A DNA stretch of 64,000 bases from the human T2T-CHM13v2.0 reference genome, Homo sapiens: assembly GCF_009914755.1 (NCBI RefSeq), contig NC_060928.1; one strand, written 5' to 3'. A program made the position numbers and the translations under genes. The notes under the pieces were generated by a model. The model was given only the letters and a program-made list of their open reading frames with translations. It did not search any database and was not told the origin of the DNA. Below are positions 1 through 12,054 of this stretch, piece by piece. The first letter of the stretch is position 1. The number at the start of each line of letters is the position of its first letter.

Positions 1-118
1 GGCTAAATACCTACGGTAAGTATACATTTAACCTTATAAGAAAATGCAAAACTATTTTTCCAAAGTAGTATCATTTTACATTTCTTCTAACAACATATGA
101 GAATGGCAGTTGCTCTAC

Positions 119-489
119 TAATATGGTTTGGCTTTGTGTCCCCACCCAAATCTCATCTCAAATTGTAATCCTCATAATCTTCAGGTGTCAAGGGAGGCAC
201 CAGGTGGGAGGTGATGGGATCATGGGGGCACTTTCCCCATGCTGTTCTCATGATAGTGAGTGAGTTCTCATGAGATCTGATGGTTTTATAAGGCAGTTTT
301 CCCTGCTCTTGCCCACTGTCTCTCACCTACTGCCATGTAAGGCATGCCTCCACCCCTTCCACCATGTTTATAAGTTTCCTGAGGCCTCCCCAGCCATGCA
401 GAACTGTGAGTCAATTAAACCTCTTTCCTTTGTAAGTTACCCAGTCACAGGTAGTATCTTTATAGCAGTGTGAGAACGGACTGATAACA
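119..489 (+). mobile_element. Solo MaLR LTR (THE1-type, probably THE1D) inserted in an old L1 fragment
   Basis: Typical THE1 sequence (atatggtttggctttgtgtccccacccaaatctcatc ... gtgagaacggactgataaca); 5-bp TSD tctac (114-118) / tccac (490-494). Confidence 0.85.
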
Positions 490-708
490 TCCACATTGAT
501 TGGTATTATCAATCTTTTAAATTGTAGCCATCCTAGTGGATATGTAGTATCTTACAGTGGTTTTAATTTAATTTATCTGGTGTCTGGTGATATTGTGCAT
601 CTTTTCATGTGCTTATTGGCCACTTCCTCCTCTTTTTAATCCATCTTTGGTCCTTGGCCTCCTGTTTACTACTCACATACTATTCCTCAGAAACTTCCTC
701 ATAGTTCC

Positions 709-1422
709 ACTTCTACGCTGTTGGTGAAAATGTAAACTAGTACGACGACTATGGAAAACAGTCTGCAGATTCCTTAAAGAACTAAAAGTAGATCTACCAT
801 TTGATCCAGCAATCCCACTTCTGGATATCTACCCAGAGGAAAAGAAGTCATTATACAAAAAAGATACCTGTGTATGCGTGTTTAGGGCAGCACAATTCAC
901 AATTGCAAAAATATGGAACCAGCCCAAATGCCTATCAATCATCGAGTAGATTAAGAAAATGTGATATATATATATGCACACACACCATGGAATACCTCTC
1001 AGCCATAAAGAGAAATGAAATAATGGCATTCACAGCAACCTGGATGGAATTGGAGACTATTATTCTAAGTGAAGTAACTCAGGAATGGAAAACCAAACAT
1101 TGTGTATTCTCATTCGTATGTGGGAGCTAAGCTAAGAGGATGCAAAGGCATAAGAATGATACAATGAACTTTGGGGACTTGGGGGAAAAGGTGGGGAAGT
1201 GAAGGATAAAAGACTATACAATAGATACTATATACACTGTTTGGGTGACGGGTGCACCAAAATCTCAGAAATCACCACTAAATAAGTTATTCATGTAACC
1301 AAAGACCATCTGTTTCCCCAAAACCTACTGAAATAAAAACTTAAATTTAAAAGAAACAAAAAAACAAATATGTATACATAGAAAAAATATTATATATATG
1401 TATATTCTAAAAAATAAATGAA
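709..1422 (+). mobile_element. 5'-truncated L1 3' end (L1PB-like)
   Basis: ORF2 C-terminal remnant (EIMAFTATWMELETIILSEVTQEWKTKH), L1 3'UTR, A-rich tail; flanking direct repeat agaaacttcctcatagttcc (689-708) / agaagcttcctcatagttcc (1423-1442). Confidence 0.88.
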
Positions 1423-1899
1423 AGAAGCTTCCTCATAGTTCCTTTACTGGCCTTAGTCCTCTGATATTAGGCCTGTAATTTATGGCATCTGTTTTACACT
1501 CCCAATCTTGCAATGCCTGTGCTTCTTCACTTAACTGTCATCCTGCCCTATACGATTACACATACTGGTAAAAGTATGCACACTGTCCTGACTGGGGAGA
1601 GATGGATAGGGAGTAAGGCTATAGGAGTCTACCCTGCTGCTGGGTGCACAGTAACAGAGGCCATGTATAAGACAGTGGTAACAAGTCACAAGAGGAAAGT
1701 AAGAGGAAACATCTAAAAGGAACAGGAGCTGACATGGTGTCAGAGATGAGTACAGAGCAGGGCTCATCATCCCATATGCATTTGGGTAAAAGCAAGAAGC
1801 AGGAACAAATGTAGGGGTCAAATGGTGGAGGAGGCCAGAAAATGTCTCAGACAGTCACTGTCAGCCTATCGCTGTCAGCAGGGAAAAGAGGCTTCAGGA

Positions 1900-2083
1900 T
1901 GCTGAAGATTCTGGGCTTTTCAAGAGAAGCTCAAAATTTTATATATTTATTTTTATTTGAAATCTCTCAATTTCTAAGTGTTGGAAAATAATTTAATTTA
2001 TGGGGAAAAACCCCACTATATTGGTTGAACAAAACACAGCTGTGGTCTGACTCCAATTCTGAGTTTTCTTGTTTACCATCTCT
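1900..2083 (-). mobile_element. Degraded hAT-Charlie DNA transposon fragment (MER102-like)
   Basis: Recalled similarity: aacaaaacacagctgtggtctgactcc ... gtttaccatctctg end; boundaries approximate. Confidence 0.4.
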
Positions 2084-3413
2084 GATAGAGAAGACAAATC
2101 TCTCCTCTTTTGTTTCTAACCCTTTTGGCACTTAGATTGTGCTACTAATTTGTCATCTAAGGACTTGTACTGAACATAGTTGAAGACTGATCTCATCTGC
2201 CTGCTTAAATTGGACTAAGTTCCATGACAGCAGAGGAGATTTTCTATATATTTGTATTGTATATGTTTTATAACTCTATATTAGTTTTGCTTTGAAAATT
2301 TCATATACTTGTGTATCATGTAGTATCTGGCGTATTTTGCTCAGTGTAATTTTTCAGGAATAAAACATGTTATTTTGTGTATCAAGTTTATTTTCTTGTA
2401 TGTAGTAGATGCTTAATGAGTACGGGAAGAAAGGAGGTTAAAAAGGGAGACAGAGGAGAAAGGACACTGACATTTTCTATTGTGAGAGATTAGAAAAATC
2501 CTGGTCTCTGCCTACAGGATCACTGTAAGCCAAAAGCAATTTTTTTTAACTAACTTTTTTTTCAAATAACTCACTGCTATAATACCATATCTGATAGTGA
2601 GATTTGCAGTAGTTAGAAAAAACAAACAAAATAACAACAAAAAAAACAGCTACTCAAGATCTTTGCTGAGCCATCTCATTGAACCCTCATACACAAGCCC
2701 CAGAGACCCCAACTTGAAACCCATCTTGCTAGAGGTAATAACAAAAATGACCCCTAAACCAAGCCAAATTGTTATTTTTTTTTTTTCTGGATATGTAAAA
2801 GGATTTTACTGTAAAGAACAGAAAAAAGAAAAGGCTCTGGAACAAATAGTAGTTTTCCTTAGAAGCCTTTCAATGCCTAACACTCAAAAATGCAGTGATC
2901 ACTGTAAATATTAAAGGAAACAAGTGTGATATTGCCTGCAAAACTGAAACTTCAGTGAAAGCTCAGTCAAAAAAAAGGGATAAAACAGAATTTGTTAAGG
3001 AAAAAGAGCAAGAAAACCCAACTGAATATATTACTCTCTTTACAAACATTATGCTTAACATAAACTGTAACAAAGTTTAAAAATCATTTATCAGGATTTC
3101 CAAACGGTTATTCTTTTCAAGCCAGTTAGGAAGAAGTCATTTAGTGACAAAGTAATGGATTATAATCAATCATGGTGGAATCAAGTTACCACACATGTTG
3201 AGAACTCTTTCAAATTGCATTATAATCTGATGCTTATTTTATTGCATTTTGAGAGACATATTGTTAATATAAAAATGTCTTAGATTTTTGGTAGGAATAT
3301 GCCTTTACAGTAGTACAATATGTTTTATCCCCACTGCTCAAAGTTCTGTGCTTCCGGGTACAATTTATTTCCTAAACACAGGAAATTTTATTTCAACTGG
3401 CTTGTCATATAAG

Positions 3414-3680
3414 TCTTAAGGATGGCAGTAAGAAAAGAAACAGCTATGCCAACAAAAGAAACAATCTTGCTGACGGCCTTTTTTTCATGGGTTAGAATGC
3501 TTATTATATGCCCAATTACAAAAGAAAACATAGTGACTGCTTGCATAGAAAAGAATAAAGATGAGTACAGAACTGCAAAGAAGAGTTATACATGGCCTCT
3601 CTCATAAAGGAACAATCCTATTTTTGTTGCAAATCAAATTTTCATAATATCAAATGGAATTGTAGCACAAAAGAATTTCA
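3414..3680 (+). repeat. Arm 1 of local 267-bp inverted duplication
   Basis: Reverse complement of 4632-4909; manual alignment gives 10 substitutions plus an 11-nt indel. Confidence 0.97.
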
Positions 3681-4631
3681 TTCAATGAAAATACTTCAAA
3701 CTAGACACTGAAGTCAGCAAGAAGCTGCAAATGTTTTATATGTTCTTCCTCTGACAAAGTCCAAATTGGAGATTCTCTTGAAAAAAGATAAAATAACTTA
3801 AGGGACTTGAATCCTTCTTGGCATCTGCTTACTGTGAAAATTTTAAATAAAAGTCTATCTCTGGGCATATAGATGAAACTTACTATTCATTTCACATTAT
3901 CAAGGTAGAAAGGGTAAGCTATGAAAACCAACACTGTACCTGCAACTCGAATGAGTTAAGTGAAACATACAGAATAATTTACCTTTTACATTTTCAAGCT
4001 TTTATAAATTTTATTTCAAGTCTGACACCGTATTTAAAAAGTGTAAAACATTTAATGTTCTTGGTTTTTTCTTCTTTACAAAAATAGAGTTAAAAAACTC
4101 TGACCGCTCACAGCAGCAATTTAAAAGCATACTTAGATAACTATTAATTAATGCTATATGACTGTAAAAATCAATAATTATAAAAGTATTTAGGTAAAGT
4201 AATTATGAAAACATTGTATGCATAGAAGTGCATGAGTGAATAATTCTAGAGTTTTATGTTTGTTATTCCTAAGCAATGCCAACATTTTCTTATTGATGAC
4301 TGACTTGAGAGAAACAGATTTTCAAACATTTGGATGATTCTGAATTATCTGTTATCACTTAAGTGTCCAACCATTGAAACTAAACATATTGCAACTACTT
4401 AAGAAAAGCCTGGAGTGACATTAGCAAGATGGCAGAATGGGAAACCCCAGACCTTGCTGCACAAAGGCACTGACTTAACAAGAACATATGTTCCAAAAAG
4501 CCTTCATGAGAACTGCAAAAGCAGTTAAGAAGTCATGAGACACCAGGCAAGCTCAAAACCAAGAATAGTCAGATTGTAGACATTGCATTTAATCCCCAGT
4601 GGACATTCCCCTAAGCTAGCAACAGTGCTAG

Positions 4632-4909
4632 TGAAATTCTTTTGTGCTACAATCCCATTTGATATTATGAAAATATTATGAAAATTTGATTTGCAATAAA
4701 AATAGGATTGTTCCTTTATGAGAGAGGCCATGTATAACTCTTATTTGCAGTTCTGTAGTCATCTTTATTCTTTTCTATGCAAGCAGTCACTGTGTTTTCT
4801 TTTGTAATTGGGCATATAATAAGCATTCTAACCCATAAAAAAAAGGCCATCAGCAAGATTGTTTCTTTTGTTGGCATAGCTTTTTCTTTTCTTACTGCCA
4901 CTCTTAAGA
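4632..4909 (-). repeat. Arm 2 of inverted duplication, embedded in L1 5'UTR
   Basis: Reverse complement of 3414-3680 with extra 11-nt tandem duplication (atattatgaaa); near-identical peptides in ORF track 3422..3607(+) and 4716..4937(-). Confidence 0.97.
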
Positions 4910-5488
4910 ATAAACACACAACTTGGGGCTTCTCCACTGGGATGGAAAGAGAAGGGTAGAATATACATCCAACTTTATAGCTTTTGAGGGGGCTACCTGT
5001 GGAGATGGTTTCTGTGTTAACTTGGCTCAGAATACTGATGGGGAGCCAGCATACTTTGGATGCTTGAGGGTTGCTGAGAACAAAAGAGAACTCAGTGGCT
5101 TACCGCAGTGCCAGAGAATGTGAAGTACTGCAGATAGACACCAGAGAGAGCAAGAGACTACAAAGCCCCTCAGAAAGAAACTGGCAAACCTCTCTAATTG
5201 GGTAGTCACGTACATAAGCCCAGTGAAGATTCATCCCCAGAAAACCTTTAGGAGGCCCCCAGAATCTGTAGCCAGGCTGATTGGTAAAGATCTTCCTTTG
5301 CACAAATCCAGTCTGTAAAATCTAGAGAGGTGGTGATTTTTTTCAAATGCAGAAATCACACCAAAAAAAAAAAAAAAAGACAATAAGGAATATGGAGAAA
5401 CAAAAAATGGCTGAATCAATGGAATAAAACAAATCTCCAGGTGCTAACCTGAAGAAACAGATCTATAAATTACTTAACAAAGAATTCA

Positions 5489-5785
<297 letters not shown>

Positions 5786-8559
5786 GAATTTAAAATAATT
5801 ACACAGAAACTCAATGCACTACAAGAGAACACAGACAATCAAATGAAATGAGGAAAACTGCATGAACAAAGTGAGAATATCAATAAAGAGATAGAAACTA
5901 ATTTTAAAAAACCCAGAAATTAAGGAGCTGAAGAACAAAATAACTGAATTGAAAAATTCACCAGAGGGATTTAACAGAAGACTTGATCAAACAGAGGAAT
6001 CAGTGAACTTGAAGACAGATCATTTGGAATTATCAAGTTAGAGGAACAACAGCAACAATAAAATAATGAAGAAAAGTGAAGGAAGCCTAAGGAACTCATG
6101 GGACATCATCAAGTGGACCAATATATTCACTATGAAAGCTCAGAAGGAGAAGAGGGAAACAAAGGAAAATGGGTAAAAAGCTTATTTGAAGAAACAATGG
6201 CAAAAAAGTCCCCAAATCTGAGGGAAAAAATAGACATCCATATTCATGATACTTAAAGGACTATACATAGGATAAATCCAAAGAAATCTACGTGAGAACA
6301 CATTAAAATCCAACTGTATATGTCAAAGATAAAGAGAAAATCTTAAATTAAAAAAAAAAAGAGAAAGAAAAAGTGACTCATCCTGAACAAGGGAGCTCCC
6401 ATAAGATTAAGTGGATTTCTCAGCAGAGACAGTAGAGATCAGAAGGGAGTAGGATGATGTACTCAAAGGGCTGAAAGTAAGAAAACTGCCAACCAAGAAT
6501 ACCACGTCTTCCAAAACTGTCCTTCATAAATGAAGGAGAGGTGACTTTCCTAGATAAACAAACGTTGAGGGATTTCAAGTCTATTAAACCTGCCTTACAG
6601 GATATGAGAAAGTGAGTCCTTCAAGTTGAAACAAAAGGACACTATACAGCAAATGAAAACACAAAAAAATATATACAGCACTTGTAAAGGTAAATATAAT
6701 ATGGCAATAGTGATGAAAAAATCACTTTTATTCTGGTATAGAATTTAAAAGATAAAAGAATAAAAATATAACTACTAACTAGGTTAATGGATATGCAATA
6801 TAAAAGATGTAATCTGTAACATTGATAATATAGAATGTGTTGGGGATGTAAAGGAGCAGAGTCTTTTGTATGTAATTGAGCTAGAGCTGTTATAAAGTAA
6901 ATTGTTATAAATATGATATTTTATATAGTCTCCATAGTAACCACAAAGAAAATATGTATAGAAGAAACACAAAAGGAAATAAAAAAATCAAGGTATGTTG
7001 CTACAAAAAATTAACAAAACACAAAGGAAGGTAACAAGAGAAGAAAATAAATGAAAAATAAGATCCAGCTATATGCTGTCTATTAGAGACTCACTTTACA
7101 TAGAAGAACACACAAATAAGCTGAAAATGAAATGATAAAAATATTTCATACAAATGCTATCCAAAAGAGTGTAGGGTTGGCCATACTTTTATCAGGAAAA
7201 ATTGGCTTTAAGTTAAAAACTATCACAAGATGTAAATAAGAACATTATATAATAATAAAAAGTCCATTCAACCACAATGGAATGAAACTCAAAATCATTA
7301 GCAAAAGGAAAGCTAGTAAATTCTCAAGTACATGGAAATTAAACAACACATTCTTGAACTACTGATACATCAAAAGGAAATCAAAAGAAAATTTAGAAAA
7401 TATATTGAGATAAAAACAGAAACAAAACATACCAAAAATTATGGGATGCAATGATAGTAATACTAAGAGGAAAGTTAATAGTGGTAAACACTTACATTAA
7501 AAAAGAAGAAAGATCTCAAATTAACAATCTAACATTACAACACAAGGAACCAGAGAAAGAACAAACTTAACCCGAAGTTAGTAGAAGGAAGGAAATAATA
7601 AATACTAAAGCAGAAATAAATGACATTATAGAAAAACAATAGAAAAAAACAATGGAACTAAGTTATTTTTTTGAAAAGCTTAATAAAATTGGCAAAGCCT
7701 TAGCTAGACTAATGAGACAGAGACAGAGAAAGAGAGAGAGAGAAAAAAATGAATCCTTAATTAAAGAGGAGACATTAAAACCAATGCCACAGAAATCCAA
7801 AGGGATCATAAGAGACTAATTTGAACAATTATACAGCAAAAAATTAGATAACCTAGATGAAATGGATACATTTCTGGAAATATATAACCTACCAAGACTG
7901 AATCATGAATAAATAGAAAATCTCAAGAAACCTGTAATTAGTAAGGTGATTGAGTCAATAATCAAAAACTCTCAACAAAGAAAACTCCAGGACCAGATGG
8001 CATCACTGGAGAATTCTAAGAAACATTTAAAAAATTAATGTCAATTCTTCTTAAACTCTTTCAAGAAATTGAAGAGGAGAGAATACTTTGAAACTCATAT
8101 TATGAGGCCAGCATTATTCTCATTCCAAAGTCAGACAAAGATACTAAAAAGAAAGTTTTCTTCAGACCAATCTCCCTGATAAATATATATGCAAAATTTA
8201 TCAATAAAATACTAGCAAACATAATTCAACAGCACATTAAAAGGATTATATACCATGACCAAGTGGGGTTTGTCCCTGGGATGCAAGAATTGTTCAACAT
8301 ACAAAAACAAATTAATGCGATACACCACATCAACAGAACAAAAAATAAAAATTACATGATCATCTCAGTAGATGCAGAAAAAGCGTATAACAAAATTCAA
8401 CATGCTTTCATGGTAAAAACTCAAACTAGGAATAGAAGGAAATTATTTCAACATAATAAAGGCCATATCTAAAAATCCCACAGCTAACACAACACTCAAC
8501 AGTGAAAAACCAAAAGCATTTATGCTAAGATAAGGAACAAGACAAGAATGCTCACTTCT

Positions 8560-8856
8560 TTTTTTTTTTTTTTTAAAGACAGAGTCTTACTCTGTCACCC
8601 AGGCTAGAGTGCAACGGCATGATCTCGGTTCACTGCAACCTCTGCCTCCAAGGTTGAAGTGATTCTCCCACCTCAGCCTCCTGAGTAGTCGGGATTACAG
8701 GCATCCGCCATCATACCTGGCTAATTTTTGTATTTTTGTGGAGACAATGTTTCACCATGTTGGCCAGGCTGGTCTTGAACTCCTGACCTCAGGTGATCTG
8801 CCCACCTCGACCTCCCAAAGTGCTGGGATTACAGGTGTGAGCCAGTATGCCCAGCC
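8560..8856 (-). mobile_element. AluS element inside L1
   Basis: Poly(T) then reverse Alu; TSD agaatgctcact / agaatgcccact. Confidence 0.95.
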
Positions 8857-11800
8857 AGAATGCCCACTATTACCACTTCTATTTAACACAGTATACAAGT
8901 CCTAGCCTGAGCAATTAGACAAGAGAAAGAAGAAGAAGAAAAAAAATGCATGCAAACTAAAAAGAAAAACAAAGTAAAATTATCTTTGCAGACGACATAA
9001 TCCTGTATGTGTAAAACCCTAAAGATCCCACAAGAAAAACTAATAAACAAATTCAGCAAAGTTGCAGGATACAAAAATCAATATGCAAATATTAGTTGTG
9101 TTTCTATCCAGTAACAATAAGCAATCTGAAAAGAAAATTAGAAAAACAATACCATTTACAACATCATCAAACAAAATAAAATACTTAAGAATAAACTTAA
9201 TCAATGAGGTAAAATATTAATACGTTGAAAATTTCAAAACATTACTGAAGGAAATCAAAGAAGTCACAAATAAATGGAAAACCATTCCATGTTTATGAAA
9301 TGGAAGACAATATTGTTAAAGTGACCATAGTATCAAAAGGAATCTACAGATTCAATTCAATCCCTACCAAATCTTCAATGTCATTTTTTGTAGAGTTCGT
9401 ATAAGCTACCCTAAAATAAATATGGAATGTCAAAGGACCCTGAATAGTCAAAATAATCTTGAGAAAGTAAAACAAAGCTAGAGGCTTCATACTTACTGAC
9501 TTCGAAACAGTTTACAAAGCTACACCAATCAAAATGTATGATACTGGAATAAAGACAGACATATAGACTAATGGAACAGAATATAAGGCCTAGAAATAAA
9601 CCCACATGTATATGATCAAATGAACTTCAATAAGGGTGCCAAGGTTACATAATAGGGTATGAATAGTATCTTCAACAAATGGTGCTTGGAAAACTGAATA
9701 TCCACATATGAAATACTGAAGTTGGACCCTTTTCTTATACAATCTACAAAGATCCACTCAGAATGGATTAGAGACTTAAATGTAAGAGCTGAAACTCCAA
9801 AATTAATATAATATAGGAGGAGAGCTTCATGATATTTAATTTAGCAATGATTCATTCTTTGGATATAAGACCAAAAGCATAGGCAACAAAAGCAAAAAAA
9901 TAGACAAATAGGAGTATATCAAACTGAAAGCTTTTTCACAGCACAGGAAACAATGAACAGATTAAAAAGGGAACTTATATAATAAGAGAAAATAGTTGCA
10001 AGCCACATATCTGATGAGAGGTTAATATCCATAGTATATAAATAACTCTTGCAAATAAACAAGAGAACAAAAGCAAATAACCTGATTAAAAATGAACAAA
10101 GGACTTGAACAAACATTTCTCCAAAGACGATATCCAAACGGTCAATATCATTAAATATCAGGGAAGTAAAAATCAAAACCACAAGATATTACCTTATACC
10201 CATTAGGATGGCATTTATTTTATATCAAAAATTAAAAAAAAAACAGAAAATAACAAATGTTGACAAGGATGTCGAGAAATTGGAACCTTTGTGCACTGTT
10301 GCTGGGAATGTAAAATGGTGCAGCCCACTATGGAACATAGTACAGAGGTTCCTCAAAAAATTAAAAATAGAATTACTTTATGATCCAGCAATTCCACTTC
10401 AGGATATATATCCCCAAGAATTGAAAACAGGATCTCAAAGGGATATTAGCATACTCATGTTCCTTGCAGCATTTTTAAAAATAATAAATGAGAGGTAAAA
10501 GCAACCTAAATGTCCCTCAATGAATGAATGGATAGCCAAAACGTAGTATATACATTCAATGAAATATTATTTGGCCTTTAAAAAGAAGGAAATGAAAATC
10601 CTGTTATATGCTACAAAATGGATAAAGCTTAATGACATTATGTGAAATAAGCCAGTTACAAAAACAAATACTGTCTGATTCCACTTATATGAAGTATTTA
10701 AATAGACTCTTAGAAACAGAAAGTAGAATGGCATTTGCTAAGGGTTGGTGGAGGGGGCAGAAGAAAATAGCTTGGTGGGCACAATTTGAATTTTACAAAA
10801 TGAAAAATATCTAGAGATCTGTTGTGTAACAATGTGCACACAGTTAACACTGTCGTAGACTTAGAAATAATCAAGATGGTAAATTTTATGTTATGTGTTT
10901 TTAACACAATAAAAAAAGAAGAAATGCATTGATTTTTTTCTACCACCTTCCTATCATTAAAAATGGCTGAACCATTACTAAGGCTTTTTAAAAAAATCAC
11001 TCCTGATGTGAGACAAAGCATGGAAAATGTATGCTCAAAAGAAATAATTTTCCAAAATTTGTGGATAGGTGAAAATCATGCTTTAAAATGAAAATGGTAT
11101 ACATTCTTAAACTTATTTGCTTTTGTGAACACCTAAAGAAATAATAGAGAAGCCAGAAAACTGCTTATTTTTTTATAAGTTTAAGCAAAAAAAAAAAAAA
11201 GATGTGCAGATAAACCAAAATAAAGTTAATGCATGCAATGAGAAGTAAACACAATTGATTAAGTCTGAAATAGATTTTTAATAGGATTATAGATTTTAAT
11301 GAGGCAACTTTCAAAGAAGTGATTATAAATTGTTGCACTTAATTATTTAAAAATGCACACATAGCAACTTAGAGAAAGGCAGGTGCTAAAATGATCCCTA
11401 GATGTTCCAACTATATCTCTAATTTTGTGATTTACAGAAGACTGTATTTAAGACATGAGTTTGAGAATTTTCACTGCTGCTTCAGTGTTGGATCAGAGTC
11501 AACATCTTGATTGTGGACCTGGTGCTGCCAATTTTCCCTCACTTCCCAACCATTTCTTGTATGGGCTGTCATCCCAAAGTTGACACTCAGACTTTAGATT
11601 CCCTGAATTTTCAGGAGCCATCCTCATTATCCTTTCCAGCTCCCAGAACTCCAGATCAAGCTAGAATCCAGAGCCTGCATGTGTTCAGAAAGAAAGGTTG
11701 CATAATTTTTCTATGTGAGTAATTCTCAACTTTGGTTTTGAGATAACCCAGAACATTTCCAATTATCTCAAAAAACAAGGTAAATGTATCTACCAAAATG

Positions 11801-12054
11801 TACAGTTACACTTCACTTAAAGAAATGCCTTTTAAGATGTTTTTAGTTGCCAAATAATAAAAACTACACTACAGTATTTCCATAATTCAATGATTGTTGC
11901 AGCAGCTCTTCATGAAAACAGCATTTTTATCCTCAAAATAATCTAAAATCAGGCTTCAGACATCCACAAACAATAGACGCCAATTAAAAACAAAAATAAA
12001 ATCCTGTTATTTCTACCAAATGTTTTATTCTATTTTTGACTTAAATATTAATAA

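Noticed and set aside
3422-4937. Two near-identical short ORFs (..AVRKE.AMPTKETILL..) suggesting a duplicated small gene
   Set aside because: By-product of the DNA inverted duplication; no recognisable domain, splice or promoter context
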